Assembly: GCA_900540845.1 (NCBI GenBank)
Contig: UQHS01000001.1
Coordinates: 51,508 to 115,507, forward strand
DNA length: 64,000 bases
Direction: 5' to 3'
DNA from: an uncultured Collinsella sp.
Lineage (GTDB): Bacteria > Actinomycetota > Coriobacteriia > Coriobacteriales > Coriobacteriaceae
In this document: positions 9,293-17,464 of the stretch, one piece after another
Layout of the letters: each line of letters starts with the position of its first letter
Numbering within the stretch: the first letter of the stretch is position 1
Notes under the pieces: generated by a model
Told to the model about the DNA's origin: nothing
Databases searched by the model: none
The model's input: only the letters and a program-made list of their open reading frames with translations
Translations under genes and position numbers: made by a program

Positions 9293-10084
9293 TTGCAGAT
9301 GCACGATGATGCGAACATCGAAGAGGAGCCGGTTTCCGAAGGGGCCCCAAAGCCTTCGACGGCTTCTCCCTTAAACCGTGCGCAGCTCACCTTTGTGGCC
9401 GTCGCGGCGCTGCTGTGCGTTGCGCTCATCGGCGGCTCCATTTGGTCACTCGTGACGGGTGGCGGGCTTGCGCCGGGCGAGGGGCAGAACGTTGCCACGG
9501 CCGGCTCGGATGACGGGCGGCAGGATCGGCCGACTGGTGCCGATGATGCTGCATCTGCGGGTGATGCAGACCCCGAAGGGTCTATGTCCGCAGAGGGCTC
9601 GTCCACATCTGGCCAGGAGGGCGGCGATGCGTCTCGGGGTTCATCTGACGGCTCCGGGGATTCCTCGGCATCGAAGGGGCAATCTCAGGAGGCTACGGGA
9701 GGCTCGCCTTCGAGCGGCTTAGGGCCATCGAGCGGAAACTCGGGCGCAACGGGTGGCCAGGGCTCTTCCCAACCTGCACCGAAGTCGGTCACGGTAACGA
9801 TCTCCGCAGATGGAAGCGTGGGCGGCGGCGGAGCAGCCGGCCCTGTGACCCTGACGTTCGAAGAGGGCGCGACGGTGTACGACGCGCTTGCGGGCTCTGG
9901 GTGGTCTGTCCTTGCAGATTGGGGCGCTTTCGGCGCATATGTGACGTCGATCAACGGTGTTGCGGCGGGTCCCAATACGGGATGGACCTACACGGTGAAC
10001 GGGTCTCAGCCTAATTACGCGTGCAGTTCCTATACGCTATCCGACGGCGATGCCATTCATTGGACGTTCGTCGAGGTCAAATAA
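9293..10084 (+). CDS. membrane-anchored DUF4430-domain protein (putative extracellular corrinoid-binding protein)
   Basis: N-terminal TM (LTFVAVAALLCVALIGGSIWSLV), Gly/Ser/Asp-rich linker, then VTVTISADGSV...YDALAGSGWSV...GAYVTSINGVAAGPNTGWTYTVNGSQPNYACSSYTLSDGDAIHWTFV matching the DUF4430 / transcobalamin-beta-domain pattern; RBS GAGGAGGG. Confidence 0.7.
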   Translation: MQMHDDANIEEEPVSEGAPKPSTASPLNRAQLTFVAVAALLCVALIGGSIWSLVTGGGLAPGEGQNVATAGSDDGRQDRPTGADDAASAGDADPEGSMSAEGSSTSGQEGGDASRGSSDGSGDSSASKGQSQEATGGSPSSGLGPSSGNSGATGGQGSSQPAPKSVTVTISADGSVGGGGAAGPVTLTFEEGATVYDALAGSGWSVLADWGAFGAYVTSINGVAAGPNTGWTYTVNGSQPNYACSSYTLSDGDAIHWTFVEVK

Positions 10085-10103
10085 GTCGGAAGGCAAACAG
10101 TGA

Positions 10104-10137
10104 GGGGCGGATGCTCAGCGGTATCCGCCCCTTGTGC
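10104..10137. terminator. intrinsic terminator hairpin
   Basis: GGGGCGGAT-GCTCAGCGGT-ATCCGCCCC: perfect 9-bp stem 20 nt after the stop of the DUF4430 gene. Confidence 0.6.
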
Positions 10138-10196
10138 TACCGATGGGCGTGGTTTATTGAGCTCGCTGGCCCCGTGCGGTCGATGTGCGAACGGGG

Positions 10197-10576
10197 CTAC
10201 TCTGCGTCGCTCGCGTTTTGCTCGGCCACGGCCTGCATGGCCGCGGCGCCGATGAAATTAACCGGCTGGCAGAAATTGGGCTGGAAGAACAGGTCCACGT
10301 TGGCGAGCTGGTCGGTGATGGGTGCATCGAAGTTCTTGGCAAGGGCGCGGTCGAGGAGTAGAACATGCGGTTGGGGTCGCTCACGTGGCCGCCGACCCAC
10401 AGGGCGATGCCGCAGGAGAGGAACGACAGCGTGTCGTTGTGCTCGAAGACGTGCACGGTCCAATCAGGGTGCGCGGTGAGGATGGCCTGCGCGGCGAAGG
10501 TGCCGGCGTGCGTGCAGCCGACGATTGCAACGGTTTTGGAGAGGGCGGTGGTCAGGGCGACTCCTAAAAGGTAAAA
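10197..10576 (-). pseudogene. N-terminal fragment of an FAD-dependent NADH oxidase / CoA-disulfide reductase, frameshifted and truncated
   Basis: ...KTVAIVGCTHAGTFAAQAILTAHPDWTVHVFEHNDTLSFLSCGIALWVGGHVSDPNRMFYSS... matches the Nox N-terminus (VVGCTHAGT, SFLSCGIALYVGG); no in-frame start codon; the frame breaks after about 75 aa and continues about 50 aa in a second frame to a stop at 10197; a full enzyme is about 450 aa. Confidence 0.5.
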
Positions 10577-10745
10577 CGTCTTAGCAACAAAAATGATATA
10601 AAAAAGAAAACATATAACAAGGAGTAACCTGCGAACGGCACGCTGAGGCGGTGTGACGGGGCGGCCGACTCCTGCATGCGCTAAGATTTTGCCCAAGAGG
10701 CTATGCCGAACCGCGCGAAGTCGCGCGTCGTGAATAGGAGAGCAC

Positions 10746-12125
10746 ATGTCTTTTGCCAAGGATAAAGAGGTCGCGCCCGCATCGGCCGCCGAGGACCTGC
10801 TCGATTTCGTCGCCCAGAGCCCCACCATGTTCCACACGGTCGCCGCGATCCGGGAACGCCTGGACGCTGCCGGCTTCACGTATTTGCCCGAGGGCGCGGC
10901 ATGGGATGTGCATCCGGGCGGTGCGTACTACACGCAGCGCAACGACTCGAGCGTGGTGGCGTGGCGCGTGGGTGAGCAGGTCGTAGCGCACGCTGCCCCC
11001 GCGGCGGATGACGCCGCCGCCCCGTACCATTTCCAACTCACGGCATCGCATTCCGATTCGCCCTGCTTTAAGGTCAAGTCGCGGGCGGAGGTCGAGGGCC
11101 CTGCCGATTACCTGCGACTCGATACCGAGGCATACGGCGGGATGATGGACTACACCTGGTTCGATCGTCCGTTGTCGCTCGCCGGGCGCGTGCTTGTTCG
11201 CGACGGAAACCGTATCGAGAGCCGCTTGGTCGCGCTCAACCGCGACGTCGCGCTCATTCCAAGCCTCGCCATTCATATGGATGGAGGGGTCAACAAGGGG
11301 TTTGCCCCCAACCGCGCAGGCGACTTGTTCCCGCTCATCTCCGCAGGAGATCTTGGGTCCGGCTCGTTGACAACGCTGGTTGCCGACGCTCTGGAGGTCG
11401 ACCCTGAGCAGGTTGTCGCGCGCGACCTCTTCCTCGTCAACGGTGAGCGCGGGCGCGTGTGGGGAGCCACCGACGAGTTCATCTCCTCCCCGCGCCTCGA
11501 CGACCTGATGTGTGCCTATGCGTCGCTGCGCGCGTTTATCGCGGGCGGCAATGCGCGCACCGTGACGGTGTACGCTTGCTTTGACAACGAGGAGGTCGGT
11601 TCGGAAACCAAGCAGGGCGCCGCGTCGAGGTTGCTGGCCGACACGCTCTCCCGTATCAACGCCTCGCTGGGTTACACGCAGCAGGATCTGTGTCGTGCGC
11701 TGTCCGCCTCGGTGCTCGTGAGCTGCGACAACGCGCACGCGGTGCACCCTGCCCATCCCGAGCTGGCCGACGACCTGGCTCGCCCGCAGCTGAATGCGGG
11801 CCTGGTGGTGAAAGAGGCCGCCAACCAGCACTACTGCACAGATGCGTTTAGCCGCGCGGTCCTCACCGTGATTTTGGACGACGCTGAGATCCCGCACCAG
11901 AGCTTTGCGAACCGCAGCGACAAGGCCGGCGGCTCGACGCTCGGCAATATCTCGAACATGCAGGTGAGCGTTCACGCGGTTGACGTGGGCTGCGCGCAGC
12001 TCGCCATGCACTCCTGCGTGGAGACGGCCGGTGCGCGCGACGTCGAACTCGCAATCGATGCGCTGACGGCGTTTTACGACACGGACGTCCGCATCGACGG
12101 GTCCGCTGCCATCGAGCTCGCCTAA
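10746..12125 (+). CDS. M18-family aminopeptidase (aspartyl aminopeptidase-like)
   Basis: 459 aa; the N-terminus LLDFVAQSPTMFHTVAAIRERLDAAGFTYL and overall layout are typical of M18 aminopeptidases; preceded by an unusually AT-rich promoter stretch. Confidence 0.8.
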   Translation: MSFAKDKEVAPASAAEDLLDFVAQSPTMFHTVAAIRERLDAAGFTYLPEGAAWDVHPGGAYYTQRNDSSVVAWRVGEQVVAHAAPAADDAAAPYHFQLTASHSDSPCFKVKSRAEVEGPADYLRLDTEAYGGMMDYTWFDRPLSLAGRVLVRDGNRIESRLVALNRDVALIPSLAIHMDGGVNKGFAPNRAGDLFPLISAGDLGSGSLTTLVADALEVDPEQVVARDLFLVNGERGRVWGATDEFISSPRLDDLMCAYASLRAFIAGGNARTVTVYACFDNEEVGSETKQGAASRLLADTLSRINASLGYTQQDLCRALSASVLVSCDNAHAVHPAHPELADDLARPQLNAGLVVKEAANQHYCTDAFSRAVLTVILDDAEIPHQSFANRSDKAGGSTLGNISNMQVSVHAVDVGCAQLAMHSCVETAGARDVELAIDALTAFYDTDVRIDGSAAIELA

Positions 12126-12196
12126 CTGTTCGCACACACCCGTTCCATCGAGCTCATCTCGTTGCTCGTGCGTGTTGTTGGCGCCTGTTTGAGCTG

Positions 12197-12832
12197 CTAC
12201 CGAATGAAGTTCGTCGGTTTTGGGCTTTCCTGCTGGGGAAGCCCGATGCCGGCCGCGCGGCCCGCCTCGAGCGACCGCAGGATCCACGCCATGTTGCGTC
12301 CCAGTTGGCGCATGGTCCACAGGCCCTCAAGGTCCTGTTCGACCTCTTCGGCGGTATTTCCGTGCACCATGTTCCAGTATCGCGAGCTCACGATAGGCAT
12401 TTGGGAGATGGTGAAAAACTTCTGGATGTCGTCGAGCGATGCCGTGGTGCCGCCGCGCCGCGCCGAGACGACCGCCGCGGCAGGCTTGAATCGCAGCACG
12501 TCGGGGGCACCGGCGTACCCGTTGGAATAAAAGAGGCGATCCATGAAGCCGAGGAGCGAGCTGCCTGCGTGGGCATAGTGCACCGGCGCGCCGAACACGA
12601 AGGCGTCGGAGTCGGCGGCGAGCTCGCGGAATTCGTTGACGGCGTCATTGAAAATGCAGGAGCCCGTTTGCCGGCAGCGTCCACAGGCCATGCATCCTGC
12701 GGCGGGCTTGGCGCCAATCCAGAAGATCTCGGTGTCGATGTCCTGGCGCTCGAGTTCCGCCGCGACCTCTTGAAGCGCCCGGTTGGTGCATCCGTGGTTA
12801 TGTGGGCTGCCGTTGACGAGCACGGTTTTCAT
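12197..12832 (-). CDS. iron-sulfur flavoprotein / flavodoxin-like NAD(P)H-dependent FMN reductase
   Basis: MKTVLVNGSPHNHGCTNRAL...CMACGRCRQTGSCIF (flavodoxin fold plus Cys cluster); GGAGGA RBS 5 nt before the MKT start; the ORF-track start at 12844 is a 4-codon extension. Confidence 0.7.
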   Translation of the reverse strand: MKTVLVNGSPHNHGCTNRALQEVAAELERQDIDTEIFWIGAKPAAGCMACGRCRQTGSCIFNDAVNEFRELAADSDAFVFGAPVHYAHAGSSLLGFMDRLFYSNGYAGAPDVLRFKPAAAVVSARRGGTTASLDDIQKFFTISQMPIVSSRYWNMVHGNTAEEVEQDLEGLWTMRQLGRNMAWILRSLEAGRAAGIGLPQQESPKPTNFIR

Positions 12833-13082
12833 GAGATCCTCCATTCGCCGACGCTTCTCATGGTTTAGGATGCCAGATTTCCAAGGAGAAATCAGGCCGA
12901 GGCCGGTCTCAGCGGAAATTGCTGCGAACGGGGCCGGTCTCGCGCGCGCATTTGAACGCCTGTCGAGCCCGCGTCATATCTCCGCGCCCCTCCCAGGCGG
13001 CCGTGCGCTCTATCTGGTATAGTTCCGCAGGTGAATGCAATGACGAGGCCGCTTTGAGGTCTCGGTTGAGAAAGGACCGTTC

Positions 13083-13502
13083 ATGATCAAGGAGCTCGTG
13101 AAGGACGAGGCCATCCTCTCCACCCCTTGTGAGCCCGCAACTGCCGCCGACGTCGACGTCGCTCAGGACTTGGTGGATACCCTGCTCTCTATCGAGGACG
13201 CCGCTTGCCTCGCCGCCAATCAGATCGGTGTGACGAAGGCGATCATCGCTCTCGCCGACGACGAGGGCAATGCGCACGTGATGTTTAATCCCAAGGTCCT
13301 CTTTGGCATGGGCGCTTACAAGGCCGAGGAGAGCTGCCTGACGCGCGAGGGCTCCGTCAAGGTGACGCGTTTTGCCAAGATCAAGGTGTCCTACGACGAG
13401 CTGATCGACGGTGAGCTCAAGGCCCGCAAGCGCGATTTTGTCGAGTGGGGCGCGGAGCTCATCCAGCACATGTGCGACCACTGCCAGGGCAAGTTGGTCT
13501 AG
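13083..13502 (+). CDS. peptide deformylase-like protein with non-canonical active-site motifs
   Basis: 139 aa; the three PDF motifs are recognisable but altered: CLAANQIGV (versus GIGLAAxQ), ESCLT (versus EGCLS), QHMCDH (versus QHExDH; catalytic Glu replaced by Met). Confidence 0.65.
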   Translation: MIKELVKDEAILSTPCEPATAADVDVAQDLVDTLLSIEDAACLAANQIGVTKAIIALADDEGNAHVMFNPKVLFGMGAYKAEESCLTREGSVKVTRFAKIKVSYDELIDGELKARKRDFVEWGAELIQHMCDHCQGKLV

Positions 13503-13526
13503 TTTCTGCTGCTGACGGTATGAGAT

Positions 13527-13580
13527 GGCCGACCTTTCTCGTATGTGTTCTTGCGAGAAAGGCCGGCTTTTTGTTGTGAT
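13527..13580. terminator. bidirectional intrinsic terminator
   Basis: GGCCGACCTTTCTCG...CGAGAAAGGCCGGC stem followed by TTTTTGTTG; between convergent genes. Confidence 0.6.
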
Positions 13581-13609
13581 GCGGCTGTGGGCGTGTGACC
13601 TTTGCGACT

Positions 13610-13933
13610 TTATGCCTTGCGGCGGACGCGCACGGCGGTACCGCACGCGACAGTCATGATCATCTGGTCGAACGTCTCGTAGCCCAGGTTGACTCCGATG
13701 ATCGCGTTGGCGCCAAGGGTCTCCGCCCGTTGCGACATCTCGCGAAGAACCTCCTCGCGGGCTTGGGCCATTTCGTCTTCGTAGCCCGCGGAGCGCCCGC
13801 CAAACACATTTCGCAGGTTGGCGCCGATATCGCGAAACATGTTGATGCCGCTTACGGCTTCCCCGGTGACGACGCCGAGGTATTCGACGACTTCGTAGCC
13901 ATCGAGGTTGTTGGTGGTCGTAATGGTGAGCAT
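13610..13933 (-). CDS. YbjQ-family (UPF0145) protein
   Basis: MLTITTTNNLDGYEVVEYLGVVTGEAVSGINMFRDIGANLRNVFGGRSAGYEDEM... matches the YbjQ/DUF74 family; the longer ORF to 14074 is an upstream extension through a tandem repeat. Confidence 0.75.
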   Translation of the reverse strand: MLTITTTNNLDGYEVVEYLGVVTGEAVSGINMFRDIGANLRNVFGGRSAGYEDEMAQAREEVLREMSQRAETLGANAIIGVNLGYETFDQMIMTVACGTAVRVRRKA

Positions 13934-13959
13934 GGTCGCTCCTTTCTCGCCGCCCATGT

Positions 13960-14016
13960 CGCCGCGTTGCAAGCCAACGTTGCCGCGTTGCAAGCCCACG
14001 TCGCCGCGACGTGAGC
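13960..14016. repeat. 21-bp tandem repeat (about 2.6 copies) in the ybjQ upstream region
   Basis: GCCGCGTTGCAAGCCAACGTT / GCCGCGTTGCAAGCCCACGTC / GCCGCGACGTGAGCC. Confidence 0.6.
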
Positions 14017-14126
14017 CCGCACCGCCGGATGCAGGCCGGCATTGCTGCGTCGACGGGCCGCATTGCAAGCGCATGCCGCTTGTTGCGGCATGGTTTCCTT
14101 ATACCCGCCAGTGTGCGGCTCGATCG

Positions 14127-14345
14127 ATGGTCAAAATACCCAAGTTGGGCGTCGCGACGGCATCGAATCGCAAACATGCATAATCGAGTCTAGAACATCT
14201 TCGCAGGTAGATGGCTTGTGTTGTGATATCAATATGGATGGAGCATGGCGCCTTTCGTTCGTGTCCGTCATCGGTTCGTGCAAATCCTTGGGTTTTGTCA
14301 CGCTCGACGTGAGACGCCGCCGCCCAATTAGGGTATTTTGACCAC
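14127..14345. repeat. about 24-bp near-perfect inverted repeats enclosing about 170 bp of lower-GC DNA (MITE-like element or paired operator) in the ybjQ-zupT divergent promoter region
   Basis: 14127-14150 TGGTCAAAATACCCAAGTTGGGCG versus the reverse complement of 14321-14345, GTGGTCAAAATACCCTAATTGGGCG. Confidence 0.6.
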
Positions 14346-14380
14346 AGAAACGAAAGCACACGAAGAAAGGCTCAAATCGT

Positions 14381-15196
14381 ATGCAGTTTGATGCGAATCT
14401 TATGCAATCTCTTATGTGGGCGGCAATGGGTTGCGGTTTTACGTGGCTCATGACGACCGCCGGCTCGGCAATGGTTTTCTTTTTCCGCAAGGACCGCGCG
14501 ACGACCCATCGGATCTTCCTCGGATTCGCCGCCGGCGTGATGATCGCGGCGAGCGTTTGGTCGCTGCTCAACCCCGCCATCGAGCAGGCTGAGGAGCTTG
14601 GCCAAGTTGGCTGGATTCCCGCCGCCGGAGGCTTTTTGCTGGGCGTGGCGTTCCTGTTGGCACTCGACACGTTCCTGCCGCACTTGCACGCCGAAGAAGA
14701 TCAGCCCGAAGGCATCCAAACAAGCTGGAAGCGCACGACCCTTCTGGTCTCTGCTGTGACGCTGCACAATATCCCCGAAGGCATGAGCGTGGGCCTGCTG
14801 TTTGCAATGGCGGGCCAGGCGACTGGAGCGGAAGCGACGGCGTATTTGGGGATGGCCGTTGCGCTGGCTGTCGGCATGGGCTTGCAAAACTTCCCCGAGG
14901 GAGCGGCGATTTCGTTGCCGTTGCGTCGTGAAGGAATGAGCCGCGGCAGGGCGTTTGTCTTGGGCAGCCTTTCGGGTGTCGTGGAGCCCATTTTTGGCGT
15001 GTTGGTGGTTTTGGTGAGCGGCCAGATTGCTCCGTTTATGCCCTGGATGCTCGCTTTTGCCGCGGGCGCCATGGTGTATGTCGTGGTTGAGGAACTCATT
15101 CCCGAGGCGCATCTGGGCGAGCACTCAAACGTCGGGACCTTGGGCGTCATTGCTGGTTTTGTCATCATGATGGTCTTGGACGTGGCGTTGGGTTAG
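14381..15196 (+). CDS. zupT: ZIP-family divalent metal (zinc) transporter
   Basis: 271 aa polytopic protein with HNIPEGMSVG and FPEGAAISLPL metal-binding signatures of ZupT/ZIP. Confidence 0.8.
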   Translation: MQFDANLMQSLMWAAMGCGFTWLMTTAGSAMVFFFRKDRATTHRIFLGFAAGVMIAASVWSLLNPAIEQAEELGQVGWIPAAGGFLLGVAFLLALDTFLPHLHAEEDQPEGIQTSWKRTTLLVSAVTLHNIPEGMSVGLLFAMAGQATGAEATAYLGMAVALAVGMGLQNFPEGAAISLPLRREGMSRGRAFVLGSLSGVVEPIFGVLVVLVSGQIAPFMPWMLAFAAGAMVYVVVEELIPEAHLGEHSNVGTLGVIAGFVIMMVLDVALG

Positions 15197-15216
15197 AGGC
15201 GCCGCAAGGGGGCAAC

Positions 15217-15807
15217 ATGAACACGCAAATTACGATTCGACTGGCCACCGCAGACGACGCCTTTGCCTTGGCTGCAATCTACGCGCCGTACGTTCAAAAG
15301 ACGGCCATCACATTCGAATACGAGCCGCCGTCCGTCGACGAGTTCGCTGGTCGCATGCGTCATGTCATGTCAATGTATCCGTATATCGTGGCGGAGGTTC
15401 AGGGCAAGCCGGTGGGGTACGCCTACGCAAGCACGTTCAAGGGTCGTCCTGCCTACGATTGGGCGGTAGAGACCTCGATATATGTCGCCCAGGGCTACTC
15501 TGGCTTGGGCATTGGGCGAGCTCTGCACGATGCTCTCCGGCGCGCGCTGCAGGCACAAGGCATTTTGAACATGTACGCATGCATCGCCGTGCCCTGCGGC
15601 GAGGACGATGAGACCTTGACGCGAAACAGCGAGCACTTCCATGCTCATTTGGGCTATCGATTGGTCGGTGAGTTCGAGCGCTGCGGATACAAAGGCGGGC
15701 GCTGGTATGACATGGTTTGGATGGAGCTCATCATCGGGGAGCATCTTGTGGAGCAGCCGCCCGTGGTGCCGTTCCCGCAGATAGTCGAGGCGGGTTATAC
15801 CCTATAA
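15217..15807 (+). CDS. GNAT-family N-acetyltransferase
   Basis: 196 aa; acetyl-CoA binding motif ...VAQGYSGLGIGRALHDAL...; resembles phosphinothricin/aminoglycoside-type GNATs. Confidence 0.7.
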   Translation: MNTQITIRLATADDAFALAAIYAPYVQKTAITFEYEPPSVDEFAGRMRHVMSMYPYIVAEVQGKPVGYAYASTFKGRPAYDWAVETSIYVAQGYSGLGIGRALHDALRRALQAQGILNMYACIAVPCGEDDETLTRNSEHFHAHLGYRLVGEFERCGYKGGRWYDMVWMELIIGEHLVEQPPVVPFPQIVEAGYTL

Positions 15808-16002
15808 GCTTGAGCGCCCGTGCCTCCTGCGCGCAAAACGACATGTGCGCCTGGCGCATGGGCGCTTTAGCGAAGTGCGTTGAGCCGGGCGCTTGCCCTA
15901 TGGTAAGGTTCTCGCGTCGGGGGGCCGACAAGACAGAATTAGTGATGCCGAGTGGCGCCGGAATGGCGCGGACACCACGCTCGGATGCGCGGGGGAGCCG
16001 GT

Positions 16003-17202
16003 ATGTCCGACAACGAACGCGAGCGTGTAGACGACATCAGCACCGTCAGCACCATAGAGGACGTGCGCGCCATGAAGCGCGCGCATAAAGGGGGCACCTG
16101 GAAGTACGCCTGTGCCTGCAGGTCTGGGGTGCGGTATGAGGGAGAGAGCGAGGCGTGGGCTCAGTTGAAGACCATGATTAAGGAGCGCGGGGCAGACGCT
16201 GCGCAGGTAGAGGACATCATCTCGGATATCGATGCCAACGATCCGTTTCCGACCAAAGACACCGTTCCCGTCCCGCCCGAGGACCGAGCCCCCGGCAAGC
16301 TCCGCGGCGCCGGCGCCCGCTCGCCTCTGTTCTGGAAGGTCATGCTGGTCGCCATGGCGCTCGTTTGGGGCTACTCCTTCCTCACGATGAAGACGGTGCT
16401 CGACACCGTTCCCACGTTCATGCTGCTCTCGTGCAGGTTTTTGCTGTCCGCGATCATCATGTTCGTGATTTTCCGCAAGCGCATCAAAGCGCATTTCAAC
16501 CGTGAGTACCTGGGGTTCGGCGTGCTCATGGGGTGTGTTATTTGGTCGGCGTACGCTGCCCAGACGCTCGGCCTGGTCGACACCACGCCGGGCAAAAACG
16601 CGTTCCTTACGGGAACGTACTGCATTCTCGTGCCGTTCATCGCGCTTGTGCTTTTCCGCGAGCGGGTCACCAAATGGCATATCGCCTCAGCGCTGTTGTG
16701 CCTGGTGGGCGTGGGATTTGTCGCGCTCGATAATTTCAGCATTCAGATGGGCGACCTCATGACGCTCGTCGGCGCCGTGTTCTTCGCGGTGGACATGGCC
16801 GTGGTGGGACATATCGGCCGCACGCGCGACGTGAGCGTCTTGACCTCGTGGATGTTCCTGTTCGTGGGGCTGTGTTCGCTCGCAGCCACCATCGCGTTCG
16901 AGCCGCGCGTCCCCGCCGAGCAGTGGACGCCCGAGATCATCGGTCAGCTCGTATTTCTCGCCGTGGTGTGCACCACCATCGGCCTGCTTCTTCAAAATCA
17001 GGCGCTCTCCCATGTGCCGCCGGCGACTGGATCGTTGCTGCTGTCGCTTGAGAGCCCCTCGGGCGTACTGTTTTCCGTGCTGATGGCGGGCGAGGTCCTC
17101 ACGGGTAAGCTCATCTTCGGTTTCGTGCTGATCTTCCTGTCGATCGTTTTGTCCGAGACACACTTCAGTTTCTTGCGGAAGTGGTTTGGGCGCGCCAAGT
17201 AG
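16003..17202 (+). CDS. DMT-superfamily (EamA-like) transporter with a 110-aa N-terminal cytoplasmic extension
   Basis: RBS GGGGGAG before the ATG at 16003; about 10 TM helices from LFWKVMLVAMALVWGYSFLTMK onward; hydrophilic N-terminal extension containing KYACACRSGVRYEGESEAW. Confidence 0.7.
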   Translation: MSDNERERVDDISTVSTIEDVRAMKRAHKGGTWKYACACRSGVRYEGESEAWAQLKTMIKERGADAAQVEDIISDIDANDPFPTKDTVPVPPEDRAPGKLRGAGARSPLFWKVMLVAMALVWGYSFLTMKTVLDTVPTFMLLSCRFLLSAIIMFVIFRKRIKAHFNREYLGFGVLMGCVIWSAYAAQTLGLVDTTPGKNAFLTGTYCILVPFIALVLFRERVTKWHIASALLCLVGVGFVALDNFSIQMGDLMTLVGAVFFAVDMAVVGHIGRTRDVSVLTSWMFLFVGLCSLAATIAFEPRVPAEQWTPEIIGQLVFLAVVCTTIGLLLQNQALSHVPPATGSLLLSLESPSGVLFSVLMAGEVLTGKLIFGFVLIFLSIVLSETHFSFLRKWFGRAK

Positions 17203-17221
17203 GCGGACGAGTTATTGACAC

Positions 17222-17266
17222 AAAGAGGGGGCGTCGTTCCTTGGAAAAGGACGGCGCCCCCTCTTT
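17222..17266. terminator. strong bidirectional terminator
   Basis: AGAGGGGGCGTCGTTCC-TTGGAAAAG-GACGGCGCCCCCTCT, about 16-bp stem, between convergent genes. Confidence 0.7.
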
Positions 17267-17274
17267 GCGGAAAA

Positions 17275-17395
17275 ACATGTGTGGGGTTTAGCGAGAGTGG
17301 GCTCGTAGGCCCAAATTTTCGCCGAGAAAACCGCAGGTAACATACGGACGAGACGCGTGTCTACTCGTGGGTGCGCCGTCAAACCCCACACATGT
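17275..17395. repeat. 15-bp perfect inverted repeat (ACATGTGTGGGGTTT / AAACCCCACACATGT) enclosing 91 nt in a convergent intergenic region
   Basis: Seen directly; the enclosed segment carries one copy of the recurrent motif described in findings. Confidence 0.6.
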
Positions 17396-17464
17396 TGAAC
17401 ACCCTGAGCATCGATTGGCTTTGAGCGGAGGGGGGCGACGCCGATGCGCCGCCCTGATGCTCGT

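Noticed and set aside
13960-14016. Tandem repeats considered as a possible CRISPR array (also 23106-23170)
   Set aside because: Units are 21-23 bp with no spacers between them and no cas genes nearby; they are simple tandem or promoter repeats
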